Shown piece after piece: positions 34,820 to 49,037 of a DNA stretch of 64,000 bases. The number at the start of each line of letters is the position of its first letter. Positions within the stretch are counted from its first letter, which is position 1. Source of the stretch: Paraspadella gotoi. Lineage: Eukaryota > Animalia > Chaetognatha. The DNA lies in contig JBJCIZ010000282.1 of NCBI GenBank assembly GCA_051294375.1, forward strand, positions 386,880 through 450,879, given 5' to 3'. The notes under the pieces were generated by a model. The model ran no database searches. It saw only the letters and a list, made by a program, of their open reading frames with translations, and was not told where the DNA came from. A program made the position numbers and the translations under genes.

Positions 34820-37159
34820 ATACTAACAGTGCATGAGATGACGTTAAAAGAAAGATTTAAAAATATTATGTTTATTACTTTAAAGATTATCCGGTACGAT
34901 GATCGGGGAGGATGTTCGAGCTCATCCATCTGGACAGTAGACGGGAATTCTAATCATAATTTTAATTGTGTTGATTATTGTTTCTCTCATTGTATTATTA
35001 TTGTGTGCATGCAGAAATAAAATTTGTAGGTTAGTTTCTAGGTTATTTCCCGATTCCCGTAGTAATGTCATTGTTAGTTTCATACCTTTGTTAGATGTAG
35101 AAACATATGTTTGAATAATAAAAATATTTATCAAAACGGAGTTCTATTGATGTCAAAAAGAGTCCTATTGATGTCAATTAACTATGGAATGAGATAGCCG
35201 GCAGAACCCGCAGATTCGTGAAAGTTTTTATTGGGGTAAACATTGCCTCTAGCTACGAAGTGACAGGAAGTTGACGAGTTTTGAAATAAAGGGGCACCAT
35301 GGCCCAAGGGAAAAAAAAATATGATCGTCAATTCCGAATGTCTGTTCGCGCCGGGATGGAACCGCGGGCAGACATTCTCTCTCGCGCGCGGATGACAGGT
35401 CGATTTCCAAAATGCCTGCGCGCGCCGGGATCGAGAACACAATATGCACCTACTAACACCCTCACGAGATCAGTCTTCAACTTACCTTCAAGAACTTAAC
35501 ATCAAATTCTATTTATTGTATTTGTTTACTGTCTGTTTATTCTGCATAATCTCCATCAATTATCGTTATCTCCTCGTGTGTTTAATGTTAATAAAACTTC
35601 TCTAATTTCTCCTAAATAAACCACGCCTTCTTCCTTCAATGTGGTGACAGGACTGGATTAGACTCACCACGCCTCCTAAGAGGACCACTCTACCAAATTT
35701 ACACGACCCTACAAAAAAGAATTACGTCATCCTACGTAAACCTCCCAAATGAACTACCCAAAAAAAAATTTTAAAAAAATATAAAAAAATAAAAAAAAAA
35801 TAAAAAGAATCAACCAATTATTTCCTAAAAAGTTAAAAACGAACCACAAAAAAAACCACATTATAAGAAATAAAATCAAGAATAAAAAAATTTAAAAACA
35901 ATACCCATTTTGCGAATTCAGAAGTACGTTTTAACGTAGCCTGAGTGCAAAAACAAAACAAAAATCCTTCAATCTCTCAAAAAAAGGCAGATCTCCAGGA
36001 AAATTTCAAAAACAAAAAATACATTTCTTCAACATTTGAAGCTCATACGAACAATTCTATATTCTCGGACTATTAAAAATATAATTTTAAAAATTCCAAA
36101 GGCCCGACCCCCCCCTTTACATTGGATTATTTGAAAAAAACGACGCCAAACCTAACAAACGATCGTCTACCGGAATTTACCGATGACCATGTGTTTTCTC
36201 TCTGAGCCACATCGTCATGTGACCCAGCATTGCTACCAACCACAAAAGACAAACTTGATCGCACCCTATTTGTAGAATATTTTTTACTTCGTTTCGAAAA
36301 CTGATCTTTTGTTTGCCCCGCATTCGCGAGAAACCAGTCTTTTCTCTCTCGTCCTATTTTAATTCGGTTCACAGACGATATCCTGCACGTTACCGTTTTT
36401 TGCTGCTTCAAATTTAATGCCAAATTCTCTGCTTATTCAACGCCGTTTATTCCAAAGTTAAAATGTATATTTTTATGCTTATGTAATCGCCAAATTTCTA
36501 TAAAGTTCGACGTGTATACCAGGTCCGTTTAAATGGTTTTTAACATTTTATATTAAATCGTTGTATAATCTGTTTCACAGTCCAGCGGCTGCTTTCTCGG
36601 ATCCCTTTCCGACGCTGCCCTTACGGCTTTATTACGCGAATTCATTATGGTTCTATACAATTGGATANNNNNNNNNNNNNNNNNNNNNNNNNNNNNNNNN
36701 NNNNNNNNNNNNNNNNNNNNNNNNNNNNNNNNNNNNNNNNNNNNNNNNNNNNNNNNNNNNNNNNNNNTTGAATATTATTGTCGTATATTCTGGTGTAAAT
36801 TAACATTCGATGATAAAGATTACTCACCTGTTCCCTGGCTAAAGTAATAAATATTGGACAACGTAATAAAGTAAAAAGGTTTTTAATTTCAAATTAAGAT
36901 TAGTCGACGGAAAAGGAGCATATTCAACATTTATCACTCCTCACAAATGGGGGAGAATGAGATCCCTTTTTAAAAGCTAATTTCTCAAACAAAACCCGAG
37001 TATAATTCAAACAAGCCACATAATTTGTGTGGGAATAATTAAATTCAATCGAGACAACTGAGACGCGTTTCCATGACAACCGAGTTCGTCGAAAGCTGAA
37101 CGATCTTGATTCTGTACCGGAAAGTCCGACGGTGGGAGCGGACCGGTCCAAAGAGACGA

Positions 37160-37360
37160 ATCTGCAGACGGGATCGCAGACGGGATCGCCGACGGATTGC
37201 AGACGGGATCGCCGACGGACCTGCAGATGGGACTGCAGACGGGATCGCCGACGGGCTCGCAGATGGGACCGCGGACGGGTTTGCAGATGGGATTATCGAC
37301 GATCGAGAATCGGGTTGGGAAATTGCAGCCGCAAACGGGTGCTCAACTTGTTTTTTTTTT
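37160..37360 (+). repeat. 12-bp minisatellite (GACGGGATCGCA/C)n followed by a Helentron-like 3' end of a second family
   Basis: About 11 degenerate units at 37160-37300; ends GCAAACGGGTGCTCAACTTG-TTTTT. Confidence 0.6.
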
Positions 37361-40300
37361 ATTGGACGTGGGAGAAATCCCGCGTGGGAGGGAATCCCGT
37401 GTGAGAGGAATCCCGCGTGGGAGGAATCCCGTGTGGGAGTGAAATCCCGACGTGGGAGGAATACCACATGGGAGAATCCCGCATGGGAGGAATCTCGCAT
37501 GGGAGGAATCCCGTGTGGGAGGATATCCTGCATGGGAAAAATTCGCGTGTGGGAGGAGAATCCCGTGTGGGAGAAATCCCGCGTGGGAGGAATCCCGCGT
37601 GGGAGGAAATCCTGTTGGAGGAATCCCAATAGGAACCAAGATAGAGCTACAAAATGAGCTAGCATAGCAGGGGAATCTCCACCTCAGTGACGACCCGCGG
37701 TTCTCTGCACGAGCAGATGGTGAAAACCGAAAGATAAAATCCCCAGAACGAAAAAAATCAGGAGCCCGTCTATTGAGCGGCCTGTGCAGGCACGGGTAAC
37801 CAAGTCTGTACAGCAGCATGGTTCTGGGATTTTATCTTTCGGTTTCACCAGCTGCTCGTGCAGAGAACCGCGGGTCGTCACTGAGGTGGAGATCCCTGCT
37901 ATGCTAAAGTTTCATATTTGAGCTCTATCTTTACTCTTTCAATTTCACTTTATTACTTATTAACTCATCTCTTCAAATCAATCTTTCAATTTCAAAATTT
38001 CCTGTTTCATTTCTTACTAATTATTAAGATAGATTAATTGTTATATTCACTAATATTCATCAGTTTAAAACTTTTTCTTATTGTTATACAATTATACAAT
38101 TATACAATTATACAATGCAAGATAGAGGCCACCTTACCGCCAGAACCTCTCTCTCCCCGGGCCTTCTCTTCCTCTGCCAACGCCTCCTCCTCCCTCGTCG
38201 TCCCTCCTCTTCATCCTGAGTCACGGATAGAGTCTATGGAGATCGGACACACTCTCTCAAACTTCTCCCTCTGGTCTCGGGGTCTGAAAACCTTCCCTCT
38301 CCTCTTCTCTCCCTTGTTATGTACCCTTGATACCCTTTGTTATATCTGTTTTCCAATTACATTACATTCCTTACCCTTCCTTACCTCTTTTCCCTGATGA
38401 GAGACTAGATTAGAACCACCATGAGCTAGATACCCATCTTTCCCAGTGACGCCCAATCAGGCCTCTTCCCCTTAAAAGCGTTAATACTAAACTCCCTTCC
38501 CCAGGATTATAGTTGGTCAACTCCTTAACCGACTATACTGAGTACGTACAACCGGTGATCAAACCACGCTTCCCCAACCCACCCTAATTTGTTTTTAATA
38601 TTCCATCTTTCCTAATCTTAAATTTTTTCATGCCTATTCTTGTTTTCTATCTTTCATCGCACAAGGTTTGCAAATAAAAAAACAAATAAAAACTTTTCAA
38701 CTCTACCTAATATTGTTCACAAAAAAAACTTTTTCTCTTCCATCGCCGGTAAAAAAAAATTTGAAAAAAATCCGCCTCTCAGAAGTGAACGCCAAAGGAA
38801 AAACAAAAGACAAAAAAACAAAGCAGTAAAGATCACAACCCACTATTCTTTACCTTTAGCTAATCCGGGACATTTAGTGTTTGTACTGTTACAGTTAAAA
38901 TCGTAATTATTTCCCTTCAGCATAAATATCCGGGACGTAATGTAATCTAATATATATATATCCCCTTCTAGTTCCTTTACCTTATTATCCCTCTATACAC
39001 CCAGCGTTTTCATCTTAGCTATTCGCTCACTCTGTTTCAAATTGAAATTCGTAGTTTGTCTATTCCCTTCCTAATTTGATTCTTTTCCTTATTTTGGCCC
39101 TCCACTGTTCTTCATAAATTTATATTGGTTTTCCCGGTGATTTTATACTCACTCCTTCTTAAAACCTCATCACCCTGTTTCAGAATTCTATTTTCATAGC
39201 TTCACTAATTGCCTTCCTACTTTCGAACTTTCTGTACTATATTATTTATACCTCACTATTTCAATTTAATTTTTAAATTGTCTTAATATTCTACCACAAC
39301 ACATTTATTCTCAATTTTTTAATCTCCCCTTCTCACTGATTTACTATTTAAACTCACTATTTCAATTTTTATACACTCAATATTTTGACTCACTATTATC
39401 GATTTCTTAATGCTTCACTATATAAACTCACATTTTTCGATATTCATGCTTTCACTATTTTGACTCTATATTTTCGATTTTCATTTTATTTTGACTTCAC
39501 CATTCAAATTGTCTTTGTTTCACTGATTTTAACCTCTTTTTTACGATCTATTTTCTATCATTTTTCGATTCCATTTTTCTCTATCTATTTTCTTAATCCA
39601 TATCTTATTACTTACTCTATCATCCCTCACCCACTTCTTGCTTGCCTCACTAGATCCCCCTCCTCCCTCTTTCACTGATGGATATCGACTAGGAGCGCGC
39701 ATTCTTTTACTAAACCCTCCCCTCCGTTGACCCGTGAGCCGATCACTGGATCTCAGCATCTCTTTTCTCGCGCCTTTTTTCTTTACCTCACTCTTCTTCC
39801 CGGGCATCCTCTTCTTTCTCTCATTTATCCAAGCCTCTTTTTCCTCATCCATTCCTCACTCGAGAGAACAGCTGCGCAGAGAGGAATGTCCATGTCCTGA
39901 TCAACGACGACTCTCCCACCGCTCCTTGCCCTCACTGGGCCCCTCACTTGATCCTCACCCCTCTCTCTTCTCCCATTTTCGGACTTTCCAAACTAAAAAA
40001 AAAAGATCGTTGATCTTCTCCCTCCTCGTTGTCAGCGTGACCAGTCTTCACTGCCCTCTCCCTAAAGTTTTGTCCCTCTCTCTCTCTCTTTTCTATTTCT
40101 CCTCCCTCCGGTAAAATCTCTCTCTAGGCCTTCCTGGCTGCACACTCACGTCTGTCACGTTGATTCAGGGCCATTCAATACGAAAAAAAAAACCAGATCT
40201 GACTGAGCTCCCTCTCCTGAAAAAATTCGCGCCACTAGTTTACTTACCCCCTTCCCCTCTCTCTTCTCCCTCTCTCTCTCTTTTTCTTTTCTTCCTCTCT

Positions 40301-43300
40301 CTTTCTCTCTTTCCCTTTCTTTCCCTCTTTCTTCCCTCCGTCTTTTTTCTTCAAGAAACGGGCCAAAGGATGAAGTTCTCCTTTTCGGCCACCTTTTTGT
40401 TTCTCTCCTGCGCAAAACGTTAATCTCATGTCACATGAGCAATGTCGTTACCTGTTCCTGGGCATTGCGTCGTATTAAATAGCTGATGCTAATTAATAGA
40501 AAGAAAATTGCAAAGAGAAAGAAAAATGAAAAGGATTAGAGAGAATACGCCATCCCTCTTTGCAAACCAACGGGCTCCGAGAAAAACAGGGTCTGTTTTT
40601 GCACGCATTCAAATTCAGTTAAACAAGCTAAAGACGAAGAGATTTCTTTCTAAAGGTAAAGAGAAGAAATTAAGAAGGGCAGAGGAATATAAAAGGTTAG
40701 CTATGTGCAACTAACAAATAAAATTACTAACCCACTCTAGACCATATCTCCAAAAAAAGCCCAAGTACACCAAACTATTAAGCCAAATAGCCAAAATGTT
40801 ACCAAATAGATTACTTCACTTTTCTGCCAATGTCCTAAAAACGCAGAGAAATCAGAATAGTCAAATTAACTGACAAAGAACAAAAAGACCTTAATCTGTG
40901 AGTTTACCAACGACTTTCAGATGAAACTGAAAAGCTGCACTACATTCGGTTTAGAGTTGATCCAAGTTTGAAAAAAAGAAACGGAATTCTTCTTGTTCAA
41001 ACAATAAAAAAAGCCAAATAGGAAGAAAAAATAAATATAGCATAATGTATAAACTTAATTTTCAGAACGGCTGATAAAATTCTCCAACGCCGTCATATGG
41101 GGTCCCAGACAACAACACTACAAAATCAATTCAGCATATTTAACCACTTCTGTCTCTGCTTCTGCGTCCTCCACGTCCTTCAACACCCTCTCTGCCCACC
41201 ACGTCGACCTCCGCCCTCCTTTCACTTCAAACACCCTCCCCACTGACTCTCGCGGTCACGTTCCACATGAAAAGAGTAGGCCTCTGAGCTTTGATTACGT
41301 AATAAATCAGCGTCACGAAAGATTCACTATATGAGAAAGCAGATACTGAACCATTAAGAGAGAGAAATATAAAAAGAATGAGAAAAAAACATGAAGATTC
41401 CTTCTTCAACGTCAACTTCAGACAAAGCCACCAAAGCCATCATTGCCTCCCAATCCAAGATTGCTACCCTTCAAAGTCCCAATTCCACTTAGGAAAACGA
41501 GGCATTAAGACCAAAAAACCCAGGAAAAACGCAAGTCTTCTTCTGCTCTTTCATCCAAGATGCAACTCTTCAGCATCAATAAAGCGAAAACGATCAAGAG
41601 TCATGTGGATCTTTGCAGAAATTACATGGAAGCGAGGTAAAGAAACCCTCATTACAACACATGTATCTCAATTGCCGGCAGACCTTAACCGGATTCAACC
41701 TCGCCAAGAGCCCCTTCTTTTCTACAGCCACTTCCAAATCTTGCAACCTTCCAAGCTCCAACCGACAAACAATGGCAGAGAGTCATCACTATGTAACATT
41801 AAAAATACAAGTACAACTACAACAACTGGCAAGGAACAAAGTCCGATTTTGTCACAATTATCAAACTTTTTTTTTTCCACACAACTAATTCCTTACCTTT
41901 TCGCCTGGGATGAGTCAGGAAAAAATAATCATAACTCCTAAACAATTTGTCAATAAATTTACATTGCAGAAAAAAAAATTGGAAATCTGAGAAAAATTAA
42001 CTAGCGCATTATCCAGTTTGATTGACGACAATATTTGCCAATGTCATTGGCGTGAAGAAGTGCCCATTGAAGTGGAGAAAATAAATTTTGAACCCAGTAC
42101 AAATCTTCACGTGAGTGATCACATGAATCAAACAACCCCTTTATGATGCTTGAATTATATATTCACTGGCTAAAACAGCGTCGTGGACAAAGCAGGAAAA
42201 GCGAACAATAAAAACGACTGTTTAACTTCGTAACAGAAGATTGATTATTACCCTCTGATACCTCTAATACAATTATTACAATGATGCAACAAATGCCTCA
42301 ACAACTGAATTTAAATGGCAGCAAAAAAAATGCAATTACAATGAATTCCAAACCAAGGTTCTCCCCCATGCCCCTTTTGCTGTCTTCAAATTTCTTTTGG
42401 GTTTTGGCAGTTTACTTATGAAACTTCACGACAAAAAATTGCTTCCCTCTCTGAAACCATTTGAACGCGTCTGTTGCTCAAGTCTCCTCCACTCATTTCT
42501 GTCTGGAATTCTTCACCCAACAATCCTGCCATTAATTTGTTGCGTCGTGGCCTTTTCTCTTCCTTTGCGCTCTTGTTTCTCTTCCAGGCTCTCATTGATC
42601 TCCGTTTCTTCTCTTCCCTTCTCTAATTTTGATCAACTTATCTCTATCTTTCTCAAGACCCAAACTACTCTTAATTTTGACTTTTCATGTTTTCAGCGTA
42701 TCTTCTGTAGCTGCGACTCATTTCACAGGAACGAAAGACTGCGTTCAAGACTCACCAGTCTTCATCATACTGGTCCAGCCCCTATCTGCAGGAATTCAGG
42801 TATTGATTAAGTACTAAAGAAAAACAACTGATTATGGTTCTCTGTATGAAAACAAATTTTTTTGTTACCCCTTTTTTTTGGCCTTGCTTCCTTGCCGAAT
42901 GTTCACTTTAAAAAATGAAAGCAAAACAAAATTATTTTAATAAAACCCCATACAATGATTTAAGTCAAAAACTCATTCCCAGTATTAATAAGCTTAAACA
43001 AAAGCGTCCACGGCTTAAGAATTATCACACAATAACATGTTTAAACCATTTCTCAATTTTTACTAACTCCAGTTTAGGTATGAAGTCTTTGCCTTTAGGT
43101 TCGAACGAGCTGGGACGGAGCTGGCGATCGCGATGGTTTGAATTGCGTATAGAAACGGCTGAAAAGGTGATGACGACAAAGTACGACTGGAATGGCAAAA
43201 AAAGCGGACGGATTGAAACGACCGGACGATAAACGACGACGTTGGCGACAACGACTGCACGGCGCGCCAGCGATAAGCGACGGCCAATGGCGATCAACAA

Positions 43301-45357
43301 ATAAAAAAAAATAAAAAACTTCTTTTGCGCAAAATCGAAATCGAACTGACGTTCCTTCCCCTCTTTAAACTCATAGACTAAAATCGTATATATCGTCTAA
43401 AAAACCTCTTCCCTTTTCTCTAAGCTTCTCTCTCTCCCTTCCATCCTATCTCCTTCTTCACCTTTCCTCTCTCTGCGCGTTTCCCCTTCACGAATTCGTT
43501 GAAGGCGTCACAAAAATAAAAACAAAAAAAAACCCAAAAAATCACTACTTCTATCTGTTATTCTTCAAAAAAAAAAAAAACTCGAAATCCTTAAACATCG
43601 TTATCTCATTTTCTTCTCATTTTCTCCCCCCCCCCATCCTTACTCTCGCCTCCCTTTCTCTCTCTTGCCGCGTCATCGCCCCTCCTATTGATATCCCAAA
43701 TCGAACTAACAAACAAAAAAAAAAAATAATTAAAGCGTTCGCGCGACTCTCCAGCAGAACGGTGCACATGCGCGGCCGCATTCCCGACAACGTTCGTCAT
43801 CTTCCACTCACTCGGTTAACCGGACTACGGACCCCCATAGAACCGTCTTCCGCGAAACTCCTGCTTTTGCTCTTTTGTTACCCACTCCCTACACCCCCTC
43901 TCCCCATTATTGATAAATTGCACTTGTCCTTTTTCCTTTGAACTTCCCAAAAGTATAATTTTTAGTTTCTGCTATTAAAAATTTTTACTTTTTAAACTGG
44001 AAAATATTCTAGAACATTTTGAAATTTTTCCTCTTAACAAAAAGTTGCTTCTTCGCTTGAATAATTTCCTTGTGTGAGGTTTTATCAATTTTAGCTTGCA
44101 TTTTTATTTCTAGTTTCACTTGTCATGATTTATGTGCCTCCTGACTACAGTTTTCCCGTTAAGGTATAGGAACTTTTGAAATCTTGTAAAACCATATTTT
44201 ATATTATCATTGAAACGTTTTCTAGGTTTCATATTTAGATTGTGTTTCATCATCTCGTAGTGGGGTTTTTCAATTGTTAGCTCTGCAGTATAGTTATATG
44301 GTTAGTTTCAACATTTTTTTCTCTTGTTCAAATATTTTAATGAAACTGGGTTGATTTTGTTGTTTTTTTTATGAAACTACCTTTTTGTCCAGACCCAATT
44401 ATAATTTTGAATTTTTCTATTATTTGAAAAAAAATGCAGAAAAAATTTTAGATGATGTATAAAAACATGCTTTACTCCTTCCCTCCGAATATTGTTACCC
44501 CCTTCGTACCCCTCCCCAAGAACGAACTCCACCAAAAGCCTCCCCCACCAAGACTCTTTGGGCAAACCAGCAATGAACTTCGTTTCCGCCCTCTCCGCCA
44601 TCGCCTCGGTCCAAAGACCAACCAATGAAGGCTCGACTCTAGGAGGAACCTAAGTACGACATCCCCCGCCCAAACATCGCGTTCCACCCCACCAATCCGC
44701 CTAACCCCGGGCCGGGCATCGCCTCTGGCCCCTGATTCTCCACAAACTCCACGCCCACACACCAAGATGATGGCCGACGCTCCACCGTATGTGACATTCA
44801 AGACCCAAAGTGGGCGGTCTCCGACCAAGAGAGGGGCACAAGATTAGAGGCTCACCTTACCGCCAGAACCTCTCTCTCCCCGCAGCCTTCTCTTCCCTCT
44901 CTCAACGCCTATCCTCCCCTCGTCGTCCCCTTCCTCTTTCATCCCGGATGTCCACGGATAGAGTTCTTTTGGAGCATCGGACACAACTCTTTCACTTTCA
45001 CCTCTCGGATCTCGGGCGTCTAAAACCTTTCCCCTCTTCCTTCTCTCCGCTTTTATGTACCCTTTGATACCCTTTGTTATATCTGTTTTCCTATTACCAT
45101 TTATATTCCGTACCCTTCTTACCTCTTTTCCCTGAGAAGTAGGACTAAGTAGAACATACTTTAGCGTAGTATAAACCCATCTTCCCAGCAATGTAAAAGA
45201 TTATTGCAACTGTTTTTTTTTCTCTCTCTCTCTCTCTCTTTTTTCCACCATTTCACTTCTTTACACAACTTACCTCTGTCTTTTTCTCAACTTCAGCCTT
45301 GTCTTCACCAATGACCCTGTCCTTTCTAAACTCTGTGCATGTTGAAAACTTGCCCTG
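37340..45357 (+). repeat. Right copy of the composite unit: 16-mer array, GIY-YIG hairpin, repeat, 6.4-kb internal region, repeat, flank
   Basis: Reverse complement of left-copy segments, indel-rich. Segment 43352-44838 is present only in this copy. Confidence 0.9.
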
Positions 45358-46119
45358 TAAATATTTAATTAAATATTTATTATTATCGTAATTATTATAA
45401 ACTTAAGAATTAATTAATAAATTAATTCTTCCTTCCATTCTAGGTTTGAAACAATTCCATTGTTCTTATTTTGGAATTCCGCAAAAATGTACTCGTCTTC
45501 TAAAATATACCTTGGTAGTTCTACATTTAGTGAATTATATTTTCNNNNNNNNNNNNNNNNNNNNNNNNNGGGAGTTTTCGCAGCATTGCAGCATCGGGGA
45601 ATGCAGAGCCTTTGGGACGGCGGGAGTAAGAAGGAGAAATGATAAAACCTACCTTCAAGATGACGCAGTCTGAAATGATTTAGATGTACCACTATGTCTG
45701 CGCTTTCTTTATTTGGCAACCTTGACATACGAGTATTTACAATGTTCCCAAGGTGGGAGTGTAACAATAGGCGCTAGCATAATGGTACGAGCGGAGAATG
45801 GGATGGAAGCGATGATCATCTGTTTCCTAATAATCCTTACTTTCGCCCTCTACCGTTCTTGGTTCCAGCTCATTCTCCGATGGAAGGCCGAATCGTAAAC
45901 ATCGAAAATAATAATTTTCTAATTTTCACAAAAATGTAAATATTTAATTAAATAATTATTATTATCGTAATTATTATACTTAAGAATTAATTAATAAATT
46001 AATTCTTCCTTCCATTCTAGTTTTGAACAAATTCCATTGTTCTTATTTTGGAATTCCGCGAAAATGTACTCGTCTTCTAAAATATACCTTGGTAGTTCTA
46101 CATTTAGTGAATTATATTT
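45356..46119. repeat. ~185-bp direct repeat (45356-45543 and 45936-46119) around a 25-N gap
   Basis: TGTAAATATTTAATTAAAT...GTGAATTATATTT occurs twice. Confidence 0.85.
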
Positions 46120-47353
46120 AAGGTATTAATAGTATAGATTAGTTACATTTGTATACCTCCGCTCTCTCTCTGCGTCCTCTCTGTGACTGCGCATGAAGAT
46201 GCGGATGCAAGGCTGCTGAAGTTCCATTGCTGCTGAAATTACGACTGGCGAGATTGAAAGAAAAGTGAAAACCGAGTTAGTTCTTAAGATTCGGCGAGGA
46301 AGTGAAATGGTTTTAGAACAATGTGCTTTGGGCAGAGAGAGAGAGGGAGAGAGAGAGAGAGAGAGAAGCAGGAGATTCTGGTAAACGTTCATCCCTTTTT
46401 TCTTGACTGTCCACATTCCAATATTCTTTTCTTACGCTGCCAGGATACTGCGGTCAACAAACAGTTTTCCGAAAGAACTTTTTTTCCCTTCATCTTTTCC
46501 CCGTTTAGAAAATAAACGTTGTCGCGTCATGCGTCGTGCGTCTTGTACGTTGTCGTTCCAATCCCTACGACGTTTCGAAACTCGAGATCCGCCTCGGTAA
46601 ACTCGTTAACCTTTGGGCCCCGTCTGCGGCGTCTGGCGCAGTCTGCGTTCTCCGCTTTATCAGTTCATAATTCGATCCTAATGCCTTCGCGATCATCCTC
46701 AACAAAGGAGCATCGAAAGAGAATTTGGGGCGCGGTGATTAGATTAGACTGCAGAGTGACAACGATATCAAAAGCTGACAGGGAGCATTTAAATTAAAAT
46801 AAATAGCTTAAAATTTAATTTACTTATTATGGAGTACATGAAAAAATTTACCGCTCCATTTCTGTTCCCCAATCCCTGAAATTATTATTATCCCTTAAAC
46901 CTAAACTTAATCGCCTCACCCTAATATTAAGCACCAACCATAAAACCGAAAAAACCACAGCCTCTAACGCTATTCGCTGATCACCAAACTCAAATTTAAA
47001 CTTAAAAAATATTTGCTAATAATTCTGGAATTTAAGATAAAATCAGGCGTTTTTGGAAAATGTCCCAATAGTTGATTATATATTTCCTCGTTCATCTTAC
47101 ATCTTACTCACTGCACATTGTGCAATGCACAAAAACTTAATAACGAGTAAAATGCTCCCGATCAACATCCGGGGAAAGAAAATCCAAGCGACTGGGACGC
47201 GACCCGGCCGGAAGAATCGGATTCCCTTCATTGAATTTACTGGCGTCGCTGCTAATGTTTAACCTTTTTCCTCTTTCCCTCTTCAGCTCTCTTTTAAAAA
47301 TCCCAGAAAGAAAAGAAAACCCATAAAATAAGCGATAATAAGAGAGAGAAAAC

Positions 47354-47427
<74 letters not shown>

Positions 47428-48111
47428 TCTCTCTCTCGTTCTTCCTTGTCTCCCCTGCCTCCCCCTTACAGCGCAAACAGAGGCTGGAAGGGCGTTCGAG
47501 GAAATTGTTTGGCGTTTTGTCGTTTTGTTTGTTTTATTGTTTGGAGTGCCCCATAGAATAAACGGCTGGCGAGTGGGCTTCTCGAGGGAGGTTCGGTTTC
47601 TTGGTTATTATTTTTTCTTGGCAGAGAATTGAAGCGGCACTCTCATGCGGTGGACGGGTGGACCCGGCTTTTACTTTTGATGAAAAAAAATATGGGTCCC
47701 CTGCCCTGTGATATAATTTTTGGTGTGTATCGCTGGTGTTTCTTGGTCTTTTTTTCTCTTAACATTGCTTAAAACTAGGTCATCGTATCTACTATTTACC
47801 TTCGTAAGAAAAATACGTACAGACGAGACATAATACGGTCTCTATCTGAAACCAGACATTAAAGCACTCTTCCCCCTTTCATATCATGAAATGATAATAA
47901 AGATATTTTCTTTTTTTTTTAAAACGTTAAATTTAAAAAATCTTAAAGGTGGGGTGTAGCCTACAGGAATTTCATTAAATAAACCAAATTAAGCAATCCT
48001 TAGGCTTGGTCTTCATTGCTAACCGAAATCTACAAAAGTGTTTCTTTTGCGTTTCTTGTTTAGTCGTAGCCAACGCATTTAAGGTATTAATAGTATAGAT
48101 TAGTTACATTT

Positions 48112-49037
48112 TTATACTCTCTCACCTTTGTTTCGATCATGTAATTCTTGAATCCTTGTCCGTAGGAACGAACTGTCAACGTCTGAAGACGTGCTGCATA
48201 GGTGAGCATAGTTTCATCTTTTTGCTTGTATGCAGTTTCAAGCTCGTGACGAGCTGCTTCATCCATGCTGGTTTCAAGTCGATCGTACAAGTATTCACGA
48301 ACTGCTTTGTAGATGCTTGTAGGATCAGCCTCAACTGCGTTGGCAGCCAAGGTTCGTGGCACACCCTTAAGAAGTGCGATGTATTTACCAAGGAGGTACC
48401 TCTGTTTTAACCCGCACACACGGGCTTCCTCTTCAAAAGCAAACAAAAAAGCGTGAATGCTATCACTGTCCTCGAACTTTGGAAAGATTGGTCGCACTGG
48501 TGCAGCCAACATAGCTTGACGCGTCCCTCTAGGGGCAGGTGCATCGTCATCGCTGTCATCCGGATCGTCACCTGGGTCAGCAGGGGAAGAAGTGACGCCA
48601 GATGCGGCGGCACCAGACGCGGCGGTAGCAGTAGCGCCAGAGGTTGTGGCTCTAGACGGGGCAGCGCCAGAAGCGGAGGCGCCTGAACCGGCAGCGCCAG
48701 ATCCTCTGGTTGTTGGGGCATCAATTTCGTCCAAACCAGCATCAACTTCATCCTCACCAGAATCAGAAGTTGGAGTGACAAATCTTTCCTCTGGCGTGGA
48801 CACTGAAGGTGGCGTTGATGGCGCTGGAGGCGTCAATGACATGGAGGGTGTTGGCGCCGTCACTACCAAGCGCAGGGCGGCAGTAGGGAGAACTCTAGAC
48901 GAGAGTTCCGAAACGGTAGTCGTAAGGTGCTGCATTCCCTGCTGCAACTGTAGCATCATCGAGAGCATCTGATGCTGTAGGATGAAGGGTGAAGATTCGC
49001 CGGCCATTACCGGAACAGGTGGCGGAGACGGCAGCAT
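48112..49037 (-). pseudogene. gag: Ty3/gypsy-like Gag, 3'-truncated
   Basis: PKF.....I.AFL..FE....G....LL.G..R...Y..V...L..RL....AR.EL....Q...ET...YAARL..L capsid-like pattern after a disordered N-terminus. Confidence 0.75.

Noticed and set aside
37055-37100. GAAACGCGTC on the minus strand as a hammerhead remnant
   Set aside because: The upstream core (TCGACGA) and stem II are not convincing.
38392-38447. CTGATGAG in the 330-bp repeat as a hammerhead core
   Set aside because: No closed stem II followed by GAAA downstream in any of the four copies.
45356-46119. Direct repeat as element termini
   Set aside because: The first copy abuts a 25-N gap, which is typical of an unresolved contig overlap.
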